This document shows positions 48,546-56,389 of a stretch of DNA of 56,636 bases, one piece after another. The stretch's first letter is position 1; each line of letters starts with the position of its first letter. Below the pieces are notes generated by a model, which did not search any database, was not told where the DNA came from, and worked only from the letters and a program-made list of their open reading frames with translations. The position numbers and the translations under genes are program-made. This DNA comes from a virus (lineage: Duplodnaviria; Caudoviricetes): positions 1-56,636 of IMG/VR virus record IMGVR_UViG_3300046167_000031. One strand, 5' to 3'.

Positions 48546-48706
48546 TAATCTAATGCCTTCTTAATAAAATTTACTATTCTATACGGGTCAAGAAATTTTG
48601 TTTCTTTCTTTTTCTTACCTTTGTATGTTTGACCTGAAGTACCTGCAGGACGAAATAAACCACCTTCACCTTTATACGTAGATTTGTATGTTTTAGCACC
48701 AGCCAT
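48545..48706 (-). CDS. Small basic protein, 53 aa (not in ORF track)
   Basis: GGAG RBS; MAGAKTYKSTYKGEGG... Confidence 0.6.
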   Translation of the reverse strand: MAGAKTYKSTYKGEGGLFRPAGTSGQTYKGKKKKETKFLDPYRIVNFIKKALD

Positions 48707-49192
48707 CTAAAATTCTCCGTTGTGCATTGCGTTAGCTAACTTAGTGGCCCGTCCTTTTACCTGAGATGCCCACCTACTGTCTAGCATTTCTTTTGCTGCA
48801 GTTGGGTAGTCTTCATCATGGATAGCTGCCCACATCATTTTAAACTTGTTAAGTCTAGGTACACCCATATTGAACGCCATGTCTATGACAATAAGCTGAC
48901 GTACAGCGTCCAGACTGTCCACGCAAGGGTGCGCACGTACCAGTTCCTCTTCGACTATCTGTACGTCATTCTCTGCTAGATAGACCGCATCAGCTTCTGT
49001 GATACCCATTTCATAGACGACATCTATATTGGGTATGTCCATCCACTCTAGTTCTTCTTTAGTTATGCCACGGTCTTCTAGGTTCCTGCCGATACCTATA
49101 GTATCAATTCCTAGTGTATCCTTATACACCTGTAGCCTTAGACCCTCGCTTACTACTAGCTTGTCTATCAGGTCTTGTCGATTGTACTTCAT
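48707..49192 (-). CDS. Endolysin (GH24 / T4-lysozyme-like)
   Basis: EGLRLQVYKD..TIGIG, MAFNMG, SRWASQV..RA. Confidence 0.9.
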   Translation of the reverse strand: MKYNRQDLIDKLVVSEGLRLQVYKDTLGIDTIGIGRNLEDRGITKEELEWMDIPNIDVVYEMGITEADAVYLAENDVQIVEEELVRAHPCVDSLDAVRQLIVIDMAFNMGVPRLNKFKMMWAAIHDEDYPTAAKEMLDSRWASQVKGRATKLANAMHNGEF

Positions 49193-49391
49193 TCTCTTTA
49201 CCCTCGTGATTCATCCATACCGCAAATGCACCTGTCATGGCCCCCGTGACTACACTCACTAGTGCCGCTTGTTGACTTGTTGGGTCTTGAAGTGTCATAA
49301 ACCACTCCACTACTCTCCATGCGGATATTGACATCATTAGCATCATTAGTCGTGGAATCAGTTTCCACTCTAGTATCTTCTGTGCTGCCAT
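49122..49391 (-). CDS. Holin-like 2-TM protein
   Basis: Two hydrophobic helices, adjacent to the lysin. Confidence 0.55.
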   Translation of the reverse strand: MAAQKILEWKLIPRLMMLMMSISAWRVVEWFMTLQDPTSQQAALVSVVTGAMTGAFAVWMNHEGKENEVQSTRPDRQASSKRGSKATGV

Positions 49392-49775
49392 TATTTTTTA
49401 CCAAAGAATTTTGTCGCACTACGAACTCCAAAAGAAGCCGCAACGATAACTCCAAGTGAGTATTGATACCATTCAGGCATCTCGTTGAGTCTCGCAAATC
49501 CATTTGCTACTACGTCTTCCATGCCGGGTACAAATGCTAGGATAAGTGGGAATACTAAATAGAATAGTCAGCCACTCATCTTTCCACGAGTTAGATGACC
49601 CTTTAGCCATCTCCAAGTCCCAATCAATTTCGCCAGTAGCTTTCTTCTGCATGACTACAGCTTCAGCTTGTGCTTTAGCTACCTTAGTCTGTGCATTAGC
49701 TTTTGTCTGTTCTACTTTGCCTGACATCCATGTGCCAGCTATTTCTGCAATAGGTCCAATAAGTAAATTAAGCAT
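49391..49775 (-). CDS. Holin-like membrane protein (frameshifted near 49548)
   Basis: SWKDEW..; removing one C gives ..MPEWYQYSLGVIVAASFGVR. Confidence 0.6.
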
Positions 49776-50017
49776 TAGGTTCCCCGTCTGAACTGTGCGG
49801 TTTTCTTTGATATCGCTTTAGGCTGCTTGACGAATTGCTTACCAGCAGCAGTTCCTTTTCTTTTAGCAGCCGTGGTGGACGCATACTCCGAAGATGAGAG
49901 GGCTTTAATAGCTGATGCCGGAAGATAACGCTCTCCGGTTTGCTTGGAGGGTTTGCCACTCTTGGTTCTCCAGTCTTGCTTAGTCCAGTTCGCTAAACTC
50001 TTTTGAGGTTTTTTCAT
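49775..50017 (-). CDS. Basic protein, C-terminal half of DUF5872-like family
   Basis: QKSLANWTKQDWRTKSG..RYLP. Confidence 0.6.
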   Translation of the reverse strand: MKKPQKSLANWTKQDWRTKSGKPSKQTGERYLPASAIKALSSSEYASTTAAKRKGTAAGKQFVKQPKAISKKTAQFRRGT

Positions 50018-50023
50018 AGTACA

Positions 50024-50052
50024 GTTATACCACTTACGTTTATATTTGTCAA
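50024..50052 (-). promoter_or_regulatory. Sigma70-type promoter for the lysis/packaging genes
   Basis: TTGACA-17-TATAAC. Confidence 0.75.
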
Positions 50053-50546
50053 GTAAATAATGAATATGTCATGGCAGAGGCTGCAATTGCCCAAAGAAGT
50101 AGACCTATAGCTATAACACCTATTGTACCTACGCCTATACCAATCTTTATATTTTCCATCATTTCGTTATGTTTTTGTATAGCTTCCCGCCTAGCTTTAA
50201 GTGCGGCTTCTCTAGCTTCTTGTATACGCTTCTGCCTTTCAGCTAAGATGCCCTTCCATGTGCCATGACCAAATCTCATGTCTACCATAGTGGCTACTTC
50301 TTGTAATTTTTCTGCTGCTATCTTAGAATCAATAACATCACGTGCTACATGACTTACACCAAACTGGTCTGTTATACCTACGCCAGCTTTTTTAGCACGT
50401 TCCTGTTGTATTTGTTTTTCGCCAGCAAATAGATTATCTATATGTCCAGCTATGTCACTTATATCGTTGGCAGTGTTAATAGCACCCTTAATGCCATCTA
50501 CGGCACTCTTCACAAGTGCTATACCTGCGAGTGTCTCTGCAATCAT
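50049..50546 (-). CDS. Hypothetical protein with C-terminal TM helix
   Basis: 165 aa, coiled coil plus TM. Confidence 0.7.
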   Translation of the reverse strand: MIAETLAGIALVKSAVDGIKGAINTANDISDIAGHIDNLFAGEKQIQQERAKKAGVGITDQFGVSHVARDVIDSKIAAEKLQEVATMVDMRFGHGTWKGILAERQKRIQEAREAALKARREAIQKHNEMMENIKIGIGVGTIGVIAIGLLLWAIAASAMTYSLFT

Positions 50547-50559
50547 TGTTGGTTGGTTC

Positions 50560-50739
50560 CTACTTGGGTTGGGGTCTACATACTGCAGTTATCTTTTTTC
50601 TTTTACCGCCACCCGCCGGAACAGATTGTTGTCGGGACAATCTCTCAGCAAAGTATAGGCATCTATCCATGTCTACAAACTTTTGTGTTTTGTCTATTAC
50701 ATTTGCACCTAAATATACGTACAGTACAAATACAATCAT
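50560..50739 (-). CDS. Small two-Cys protein, 59 aa (not in ORF track)
   Basis: MIVFVLYVYLG..DRC..AVCRP. Confidence 0.6.
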   Translation of the reverse strand: MIVFVLYVYLGANVIDKTQKFVDMDRCLYFAERLSRQQSVPAGGGKRKKITAVCRPQPK

Positions 50740-50957
50740 TCTACTATACGAACTATATAGCTTGAGCCGTCATCGTTCTTGGATACTTCTACTGTTTTAT
50801 TTTCACAGGAATACCGCACTGTCTGGCTTTTTTTATATAAGTTTCTTTCTATGGTTCTTTTGGCCTTCAAGCACTTTGATATCTTTTCAAATGCCGTATG
50901 TTCAGAAACGTCACCACCCATGTATAAGATAAGTGTTATGGTTTTAATGATTTCCAT
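50736..50957 (-). CDS. Small two-Cys protein
   Basis: TLILYMGG..SKCLKAKR..YSCE. Confidence 0.65.
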   Translation of the reverse strand: MEIIKTITLILYMGGDVSEHTAFEKISKCLKAKRTIERNLYKKSQTVRYSCENKTVEVSKNDDGSSYIVRIVE

Positions 50958-51342
50958 TTCTTAGTTTCTCTAGGTTTTCTTCTAATGCATTTAGTCGTTT
51001 CTCGTAAAACTCTAATGTTAATTTTTGCTGCTGGTCGTATGGGGCTTTACCTTCATCTATCTGCGTAGCTAAGTCATCCAACTGATTTGACAGATGCTCT
51101 ATCAACATAAACTGTTCGCTGTCTGCTGGGAGACTACCCATGTCACCTCTGGGCCACTTAATACGAAACTCTGTGTTCTGGTCTAAGTCAGACTCCATCA
51201 TTGTGATGTTTGTTTCTATCTGGTTCAAGCGTTCTATGATACCAAAGTATGCCCATGTTGCTACAGATGCAGCAGCCACCATACTTATAATGTTACGTAG
51301 TGGTAACGCAACTTCAGTATTCTCACTTAGCTTTGTAGCCAT
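50944..51342 (-). CDS. TM + coiled-coil protein
   Basis: N-terminal TM, LPADSEQFML motif. Confidence 0.7.
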   Translation of the reverse strand: MATKLSENTEVALPLRNIISMVAAASVATWAYFGIIERLNQIETNITMMESDLDQNTEFRIKWPRGDMGSLPADSEQFMLIEHLSNQLDDLATQIDEGKAPYDQQQKLTLEFYEKRLNALEENLEKLRNGNH

Positions 51343-51557
51343 TATTCAATACCTAGCATCCTAGATAGTCCGAATACTTCTAGCAGCATAAAGGTAAAGA
51401 ACAATAGAAGAATGCTACCAGCTATTAGTTTACCGCTAAAGTTTGTTGACCCTATACGAATGGCAATAAACTCATTGCCTAGTATTCGTAGTACAAGTTC
51501 AAAACTGTTTTCGTTGATGCCTATAGATAGAGGTTTTTTATTTTCTTTCTCTTCCAT
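51342..51557 (-). CDS. Small membrane protein
   Basis: ELVLRILGNEFIA plus TM; start MEEKENKK. Confidence 0.6.
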   Translation of the reverse strand: MEEKENKKPLSIGINENSFELVLRILGNEFIAIRIGSTNFSGKLIAGSILLLFFTFMLLEVFGLSRMLGIE

Positions 51558-51558
51558 G

Positions 51559-52641
51559 CTACGCTGCCAAACTTGCTGGGCTGCTTGCTTCAACACCCAT
51601 CCACTTACTCCATTCTGCATAGTAGTGTCTCATCCCTACTTCATCATGTATTGTGCCATTCTCATGTCTGCCATGTAGAATGTTTCTAGGCTCTGTGCCT
51701 TCACGCATCGTTGTACCCTGACCAGCTACTCCTATGAGGTCTTCGTGTAAGTTTCTACCGAATGGCCCCCATATAGAGTTGTGATGCTTAATGCGTGTCT
51801 GTCTTTCCTCTGGCGTATCTTTCTTGAGACCGTAGCCTCTAAACTCAATAAGAACTTTGTTTGGCCCAAGAGGTGTAACACTATCGCTTCTATAAGCACT
51901 ACCCCGTAGATTAAAATTAAATCCGGGGAAAAGGTCAACCATGTACCATTGATTGGGTGGCAAGTTAGGGAAACTAAGTTCTCCTCTATCCTCAAAGCCA
52001 TCGTATTCCTCGTAGTTAACTGTGAAGCTACTGACGTTGACGTGTCCGTTATCAAACGGTATATTTTTTCTAGCAAAGTATTCATCGTTGAATCCAGACA
52101 CACGATTAAAGTAATGCATAAAGTCGTGGTAGAACTCACTGTTAGTATCATGCCACAGCTTGTAGTTAGTGTCTATCACTGCCTTGTGGTAGTGAAACAC
52201 TTCCATCTCTTCCGTGTCAATGGCATCTGCTATACAGTCGAATGCGCCAGCAGTCCACTCATCCACACTCATAGACGGGTTTGTATCTAGGGTAGTCCAG
52301 ACCATACCACCATGTTTTACTTCACACGGTAGTTCAGTCCAGTTACCTGAATGGTAAGTTAGAGATAGGTCATTGCCAGCAGGGGTTTTTACTTTATCTG
52401 TAAGAAATGTCCTGACTACACCATTCTCAAAACGCACAGCTACAACATTCTGCAATGCTATCTGCGTCTTTCTAAAGTCTCCTAAGTTAGGTAATTCACT
52501 TGAGTGACACATAGGAACCCATACTTTAGAGAATATGTTTTCTAGTTCCTGCTCATACAAACTGTGGTCAGAGTATATGAGTGAACTTATGTGTTCTACT
52601 TTAGGTTCTTTAATCCAGTCCTTATGATTACGTGGTGGCAT
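51559..52641 (-). CDS. msmA: Ring-hydroxylating oxygenase alpha-subunit-like protein (methanesulfonate monooxygenase MsmA-like), lacking Rieske ligands
   Basis: IYSD..ELENIFSKVW..HSSELP..GDF, NYKLW..EFYHDFMH, ED; msmA-like gene known from HMO-2011. Confidence 0.75.
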   Translation of the reverse strand: MPPRNHKDWIKEPKVEHISSLIYSDHSLYEQELENIFSKVWVPMCHSSELPNLGDFRKTQIALQNVVAVRFENGVVRTFLTDKVKTPAGNDLSLTYHSGNWTELPCEVKHGGMVWTTLDTNPSMSVDEWTAGAFDCIADAIDTEEMEVFHYHKAVIDTNYKLWHDTNSEFYHDFMHYFNRVSGFNDEYFARKNIPFDNGHVNVSSFTVNYEEYDGFEDRGELSFPNLPPNQWYMVDLFPGFNFNLRGSAYRSDSVTPLGPNKVLIEFRGYGLKKDTPEERQTRIKHHNSIWGPFGRNLHEDLIGVAGQGTTMREGTEPRNILHGRHENGTIHDEVGMRHYYAEWSKWMGVEASSPASLAA

Positions 52642-52823
52642 TAAGTATCCTTATCATCCATCTTTACACAGAAGCAACGGTCTTTAGGATTGTTAAAACC
52701 GTGTTCCGTTACAGCTACGTGGCATTTAGAGAGCCATTCCTTTTCGCCGTATAGTTTAACCTGCATGTTATCTGGTGTAGCAATTACTACACAAAACATT
52801 AGATAGCTAAGATTTGTAGCCAC
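52641..52823 (-). CDS. Small Cys-containing protein
   Basis: Hydrophobic N-terminus, SKC..CFC. Confidence 0.55.
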   Translation of the reverse strand: MATNLSYLMFCVVIATPDNMQVKLYGEKEWLSKCHVAVTEHGFNNPKDRCFCVKMDDKDT

Positions 52824-53088
52824 CGCCAGCAGCCTTATATGCTTTAGCTAACATCTGTGCCTTACGTGCAGACCACTGACCCGGATTACCACCCTTGCCA
52901 CCTGCTTTGATACGACTAAACTGTTGCTTCCTCATTCCGGGCTTAGTATAGTTGCCAGCTTCATTAACTCTTGACTTGCTTTTAGGCGCACCCCCTTGCG
53001 AAAGGCTAACCTTTCCAGACGGTTTCGCTTTCGCTCTAGTTTGTGGGGCTTTCTTTTTAGCGGCTGGTTTTTTAGGGACACGTACCAT
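52807..53088 (-). CDS. Basic protein, N-terminal half of DUF5872-like family
   Basis: NYTKP..GGKGGNPGQWSARKAQMLAKAYKAAGGGY. Confidence 0.7.
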   Translation of the reverse strand: MVRVPKKPAAKKKAPQTRAKAKPSGKVSLSQGGAPKSKSRVNEAGNYTKPGMRKQQFSRIKAGGKGGNPGQWSARKAQMLAKAYKAAGGGYKS

Positions 53089-53098
53089 CTCCTATCTC

Positions 53099-53458
53099 CT
53101 ATCTATTCGGGTCAAAAAATTCTTCACAAGCTGTAGTAACAACTAGCTTACTTGCTGTATCCGCTGTGCATTTAATAATGTCACCTGCGTGTAGATACAG
53201 TGGCCTGTCTACAGTAAAGATAGACTCATATGAACCACCTGAAATAGCGTGTGTAGTCAGTAAGTCATACTCCGTGTTATCATCAGCATGAAATAAATGC
53301 AGACTCAAATTTACGTTACCTGTGTGGTTGTTACTTACAAACAAGTTCTCTAAATGGGAAGAGAAGTTTGCAGGTACAGTGTACACATTAGTTTTATTGG
53401 TAGTACCCAACACCACTACTTCTGTACGAAACTTTGAACCTGTAGATAATACTGGCAT
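53099..53458 (-). CDS. Small beta-rich virion-type protein
   Basis: VYTVP..VSN..LHAGD. Confidence 0.65.
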   Translation of the reverse strand: MPVLSTGSKFRTEVVVLGTTNKTNVYTVPANFSSHLENLFVSNNHTGNVNLSLHLFHADDNTEYDLLTTHAISGGSYESIFTVDRPLYLHAGDIIKCTADTASKLVVTTACEEFFDPNR

Positions 53459-53577
53459 TACTTATTCCAGTCTAGCACATCTCTATGCTTTTTCCAGAAC
53501 CAGTTGCCAATACAAGTAAACGGCTTACCAATGTTAAGCAAGGCCATTGCAAAGTAATAAATTGCTTGCTTCCTCAT
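53458..53577 (-). CDS. Small protein, 39 aa (not in ORF track)
   Basis: ATGA and TAATG overlaps at its two ends. Confidence 0.5.
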   Translation of the reverse strand: MRKQAIYYFAMALLNIGKPFTCIGNWFWKKHRDVLDWNK

Positions 53578-53738
53578 TTCTTTTTAGCCATCCCGCCACG
53601 CATCATCTTTTTCTTAGCAGCTACACCGCCACGCATCATTTTCTTTGATGCCATCTTAGCCATGCCACCGCCACGCATCTTTTTAGCTGCTACGCCACCG
53701 CGCATCATCTTCTTAGCTACTTTAGTTTTGCCCTTCAT
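53574..53738 (-). CDS. Lys/Met/Gly repeat protein, 54 aa, four MRGG repeats (not in ORF track)
   Basis: GGAG RBS; repeats differ at synonymous positions. Confidence 0.8.
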   Translation of the reverse strand: MKGKTKVAKKMMRGGVAAKKMRGGGMAKMASKKMMRGGVAAKKKMMRGGMAKKK

Positions 53739-54255
53739 TTCTTAATCTCCGTCTGTCTATAACTAATGAATGAAACACATCCACAGGGAAGTGCTTATAA
53801 TACCCAGACTTCTCCAAGCTTAATGCTGCATCGTCTAAGGGTGATAGCCTTTGTACAAATACCATGCAGTAGACTAGGCTTTCATCTACTACACCATCTT
53901 CAACTAAAAAGTCCAGACCTGCCTCTTCAGCATCGTAGTCTGGATGAAACACCATAAGGTGCATATCTTTACCTGCAATGGACATGGCTTGGTTTACGCC
54001 ATCGCACCATCCGTCTAGGTATTCCATGTCTGGTAGATACTGACTAGCCCATACAACTATATCATAATCGTGGGACTCAAAGTCTGCTACTTCTTTAGCT
54101 AGTCCATCTACCCCCGTATTTATGCTAAATACAACCTTGTTATCTAGCCATGCTTGCTTTGCGTAGGGACACGGTGGTAGTCCATTAAGTTTCTCATTAG
54201 GTACTTCAAGAAATTCATGTGACCACTTTCGTATGTCAGCTTCTACGGGGTGCAT
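53722..54255 (-). CDS. DUF1415-like protein
   Basis: CPYAK..FHPD..VQRL motifs. Confidence 0.6.
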   Translation of the reverse strand: MHPVEADIRKWSHEFLEVPNEKLNGLPPCPYAKQAWLDNKVVFSINTGVDGLAKEVADFESHDYDIVVWASQYLPDMEYLDGWCDGVNQAMSIAGKDMHLMVFHPDYDAEEAGLDFLVEDGVVDESLVYCMVFVQRLSPLDDAALSLEKSGYYKHFPVDVFHSLVIDRRRLRNEGQN

Positions 54256-54256
54256 A

Positions 54257-54478
54257 TTACTTGCCAGTAATTTTACTGTACGCCATTGGGCTTGCAGCTT
54301 TGAGTGCCTTCAGGCCGGGGTTATCTTTAACCATACCACCTGCTGCATACATATGTTCCTTACCACCTGACATACCGCCACGCATCATCTTAGTTTTCTT
54401 CTTACCTTTTTTCATATCAGCCATACCTATACCTATGGTGATAACAGGTACTTTACCTTTTTTCATGCTGTGTCCCAT
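54257..54478 (-). CDS. Small basic protein with MMRGG and YAAGG
   Basis: AAGGA RBS; start MGHSMKK. Confidence 0.65.
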   Translation of the reverse strand: MGHSMKKGKVPVITIGIGMADMKKGKKKTKMMRGGMSGGKEHMYAAGGMVKDNPGLKALKAASPMAYSKITGK

Positions 54479-54479
54479 G

Positions 54480-55166
54480 TTATTTCCTTTTACTAACAGA
54501 ACCACCTTTTCTAAAAAGACCGGGTGGTTTTTGTGGACTTACAGATTGCTTAGTATTAATTTTTCCACGTTTATTAAGCCTTTTCATTTCTGCTACTCTA
54601 CCAGCAATATAAGAAGAATCAGGTTTATTTTTTTGCATCCATAAAACTTCTGCTTTAAGTCTGTTATATGCACCTTGCATACCTTTTTGTTCTTGCCCTC
54701 TATAAGCCCCTGCCATACGAGCAGCACCTCTACCTGCGTCTTCTTTTGTTTTTGTAGGGTCAAAGTTTTTCTTAGGTTTTGCTTTCATTGCATCGCCTAG
54801 TTTATTTAATGCCACTACCCGTGGACTATCTTTTTCTCTACGTTGTTTTTCTTTAGCATCTTTATCTAATTTATTTACACGAGGCTGCTTAACTTGTTTT
54901 TTTGGTGGTTCTTCTACCTTCTTTTTAGTTTTAGCTGAAGGCGGTTTTGCAGATGGTTTTTTACTAGGTGGTGGGCTAGAATCTTTTGCGTCTGCTTTAG
55001 CTTTAGCTAATTTTTCTTTAGCCCTTTTAACTGCTTCATCCTGTTTAGCTTGTTCTGCTCTTCTTTGAGCAATAGTTCCCCGTAAATTATCCGGGTCTTT
55101 TGCAATTGCTTGCAATTTACTTAATAGTTTTTTTGCTGCATCTATTGCTATTTTACCTTTTGACAT
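54480..55166 (-). CDS. Lys-rich protein ending FRKGGSV
   Basis: AGGAG RBS before MSKGKIA. Confidence 0.7.
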   Translation of the reverse strand: MSKGKIAIDAAKKLLSKLQAIAKDPDNLRGTIAQRRAEQAKQDEAVKRAKEKLAKAKADAKDSSPPPSKKPSAKPPSAKTKKKVEEPPKKQVKQPRVNKLDKDAKEKQRREKDSPRVVALNKLGDAMKAKPKKNFDPTKTKEDAGRGAARMAGAYRGQEQKGMQGAYNRLKAEVLWMQKNKPDSSYIAGRVAEMKRLNKRGKINTKQSVSPQKPPGLFRKGGSVSKRK

Positions 55167-55182
55167 CAGTGTATCTCCTATA

Positions 55183-55476
55183 CTACCATTTAACTTTATG
55201 TGACCAATACTTCGCTGACAGCTTGCTGGTCGGTTTCCCCTGTGCATTATGACGTGCATAGTAGGATTTCTTACGTGCTTTATCTTTGGCAGTCGTAGGA
55301 GACTTACCAGCACCACTAACGCCCTGCTGTCCAAAGCGAATAAACTTATATGTGTCACCTTCTTTAGCCATTACGCAGTGTGACTTAGTTTTATGATTAG
55401 GAGTACGCTTTGGCTTATTAACGCCAGACAGCCCCTCTTCCTTCATCTTAGTTTTAACTCTTTCAGGTATAGCCAT
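55183..55476 (-). CDS. Conserved small basic phage protein
   Basis: NKPKRTP..IRFGQQG..ARKKSYYARH..YWS. Confidence 0.75.
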   Translation of the reverse strand: MAIPERVKTKMKEEGLSGVNKPKRTPNHKTKSHCVMAKEGDTYKFIRFGQQGVSGAGKSPTTAKDKARKKSYYARHNAQGKPTSKLSAKYWSHKVKW

Positions 55477-55477
55477 G

Positions 55478-55756
55478 TTACGTGCTTAGTCCTTTGTTCA
55501 TCTGAGGTTTAGATAGTGGTACAGGGGGCGTACTAGGTACTGCATCAGCAGATGGTGGCATTTGAAGAGGAAGTTTAGGTTCCAAACACGTAGCACCCCA
55601 GTCTAATATTTCACCTGCATCTACTTTAGGCTTATGCATTTCAAGTACAGCTTCCCACGTAGGGCATTCTACTACATGCTTAGTAAATGATTTAATTTCT
55701 CCGTCTGGCATTACGATTACGGAGAAGAAGACAAAAAAGGTATAGAAGTCCATCAC
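55478..55756 (-). CDS. Small protein with hydrophobic N-terminus and two Cys
   Basis: ECP..ATC. Confidence 0.6.
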   Translation of the reverse strand: MMDFYTFFVFFSVIVMPDGEIKSFTKHVVECPTWEAVLEMHKPKVDAGEILDWGATCLEPKLPLQMPPSADAVPSTPPVPLSKPQMNKGLST

Positions 55757-55968
55757 TCATCTCTTTCCTTCCATCCTTCCAAACGCATGTACTCTTCAGT
55801 CTCTTTAAGTGTAAAGGTACGCGGGAAGAACTTAGCATCTAATGCAGTACGCACATAGAACACATCGCTGTGCGGTATATGCAAACGGTCTAATGAATTG
55901 GTACGGATAGCATCATAGAATGCGTCAAGTACATTATCTGTGTATAGTTTTACAGATTTCTTAGCCAT
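55753..55968 (-). CDS. Conserved hypothetical protein, first late gene
   Basis: HIPHSDVFYVR motif. Confidence 0.7.
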   Translation of the reverse strand: MAKKSVKLYTDNVLDAFYDAIRTNSLDRLHIPHSDVFYVRTALDAKFFPRTFTLKETEEYMRLEGWKERDE

Positions 55969-56172
55969 TGTCAAGAACTTTCTTTAAATAGGCACGAATA
56001 TGTTAGTACGGATGGTACACTATAAGTGTTTATAGTTAAACTGCATTAACAAAGAAAATTTAGGGGAAGCTAACTTTAGTACATTTAAGTGATATAGTTA
56101 AAGAGTATTATATAATTAACAATAAGACAGTTTAACTATAGACACTTTAAGTGAGTATTAGTTATAGGGATA

Positions 56173-56201
56173 ATTATACCTGATTTAGCAGGTTTTGTCA
56201 A
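56173..56201 (-). promoter_or_regulatory. Sigma70-type promoter at the start of the late arm
   Basis: TTGACA-17-TATAAT. Confidence 0.8.
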
Positions 56202-56389
56202 TAGCATTTATTTTATATTACCCTATCTTTTTATGAGAGGTGTGACATTTATGCAACAGTATACAGATGGTCCGTAGGGGTACTAACATGCCTAATAAAT
56301 AGGCAACTGTGCAATACTTGAGCATATACATATTGACAGTTGCTCCTGTGGTTAACAGTTGAAATACCTAATCTGTGTAGATATACATA

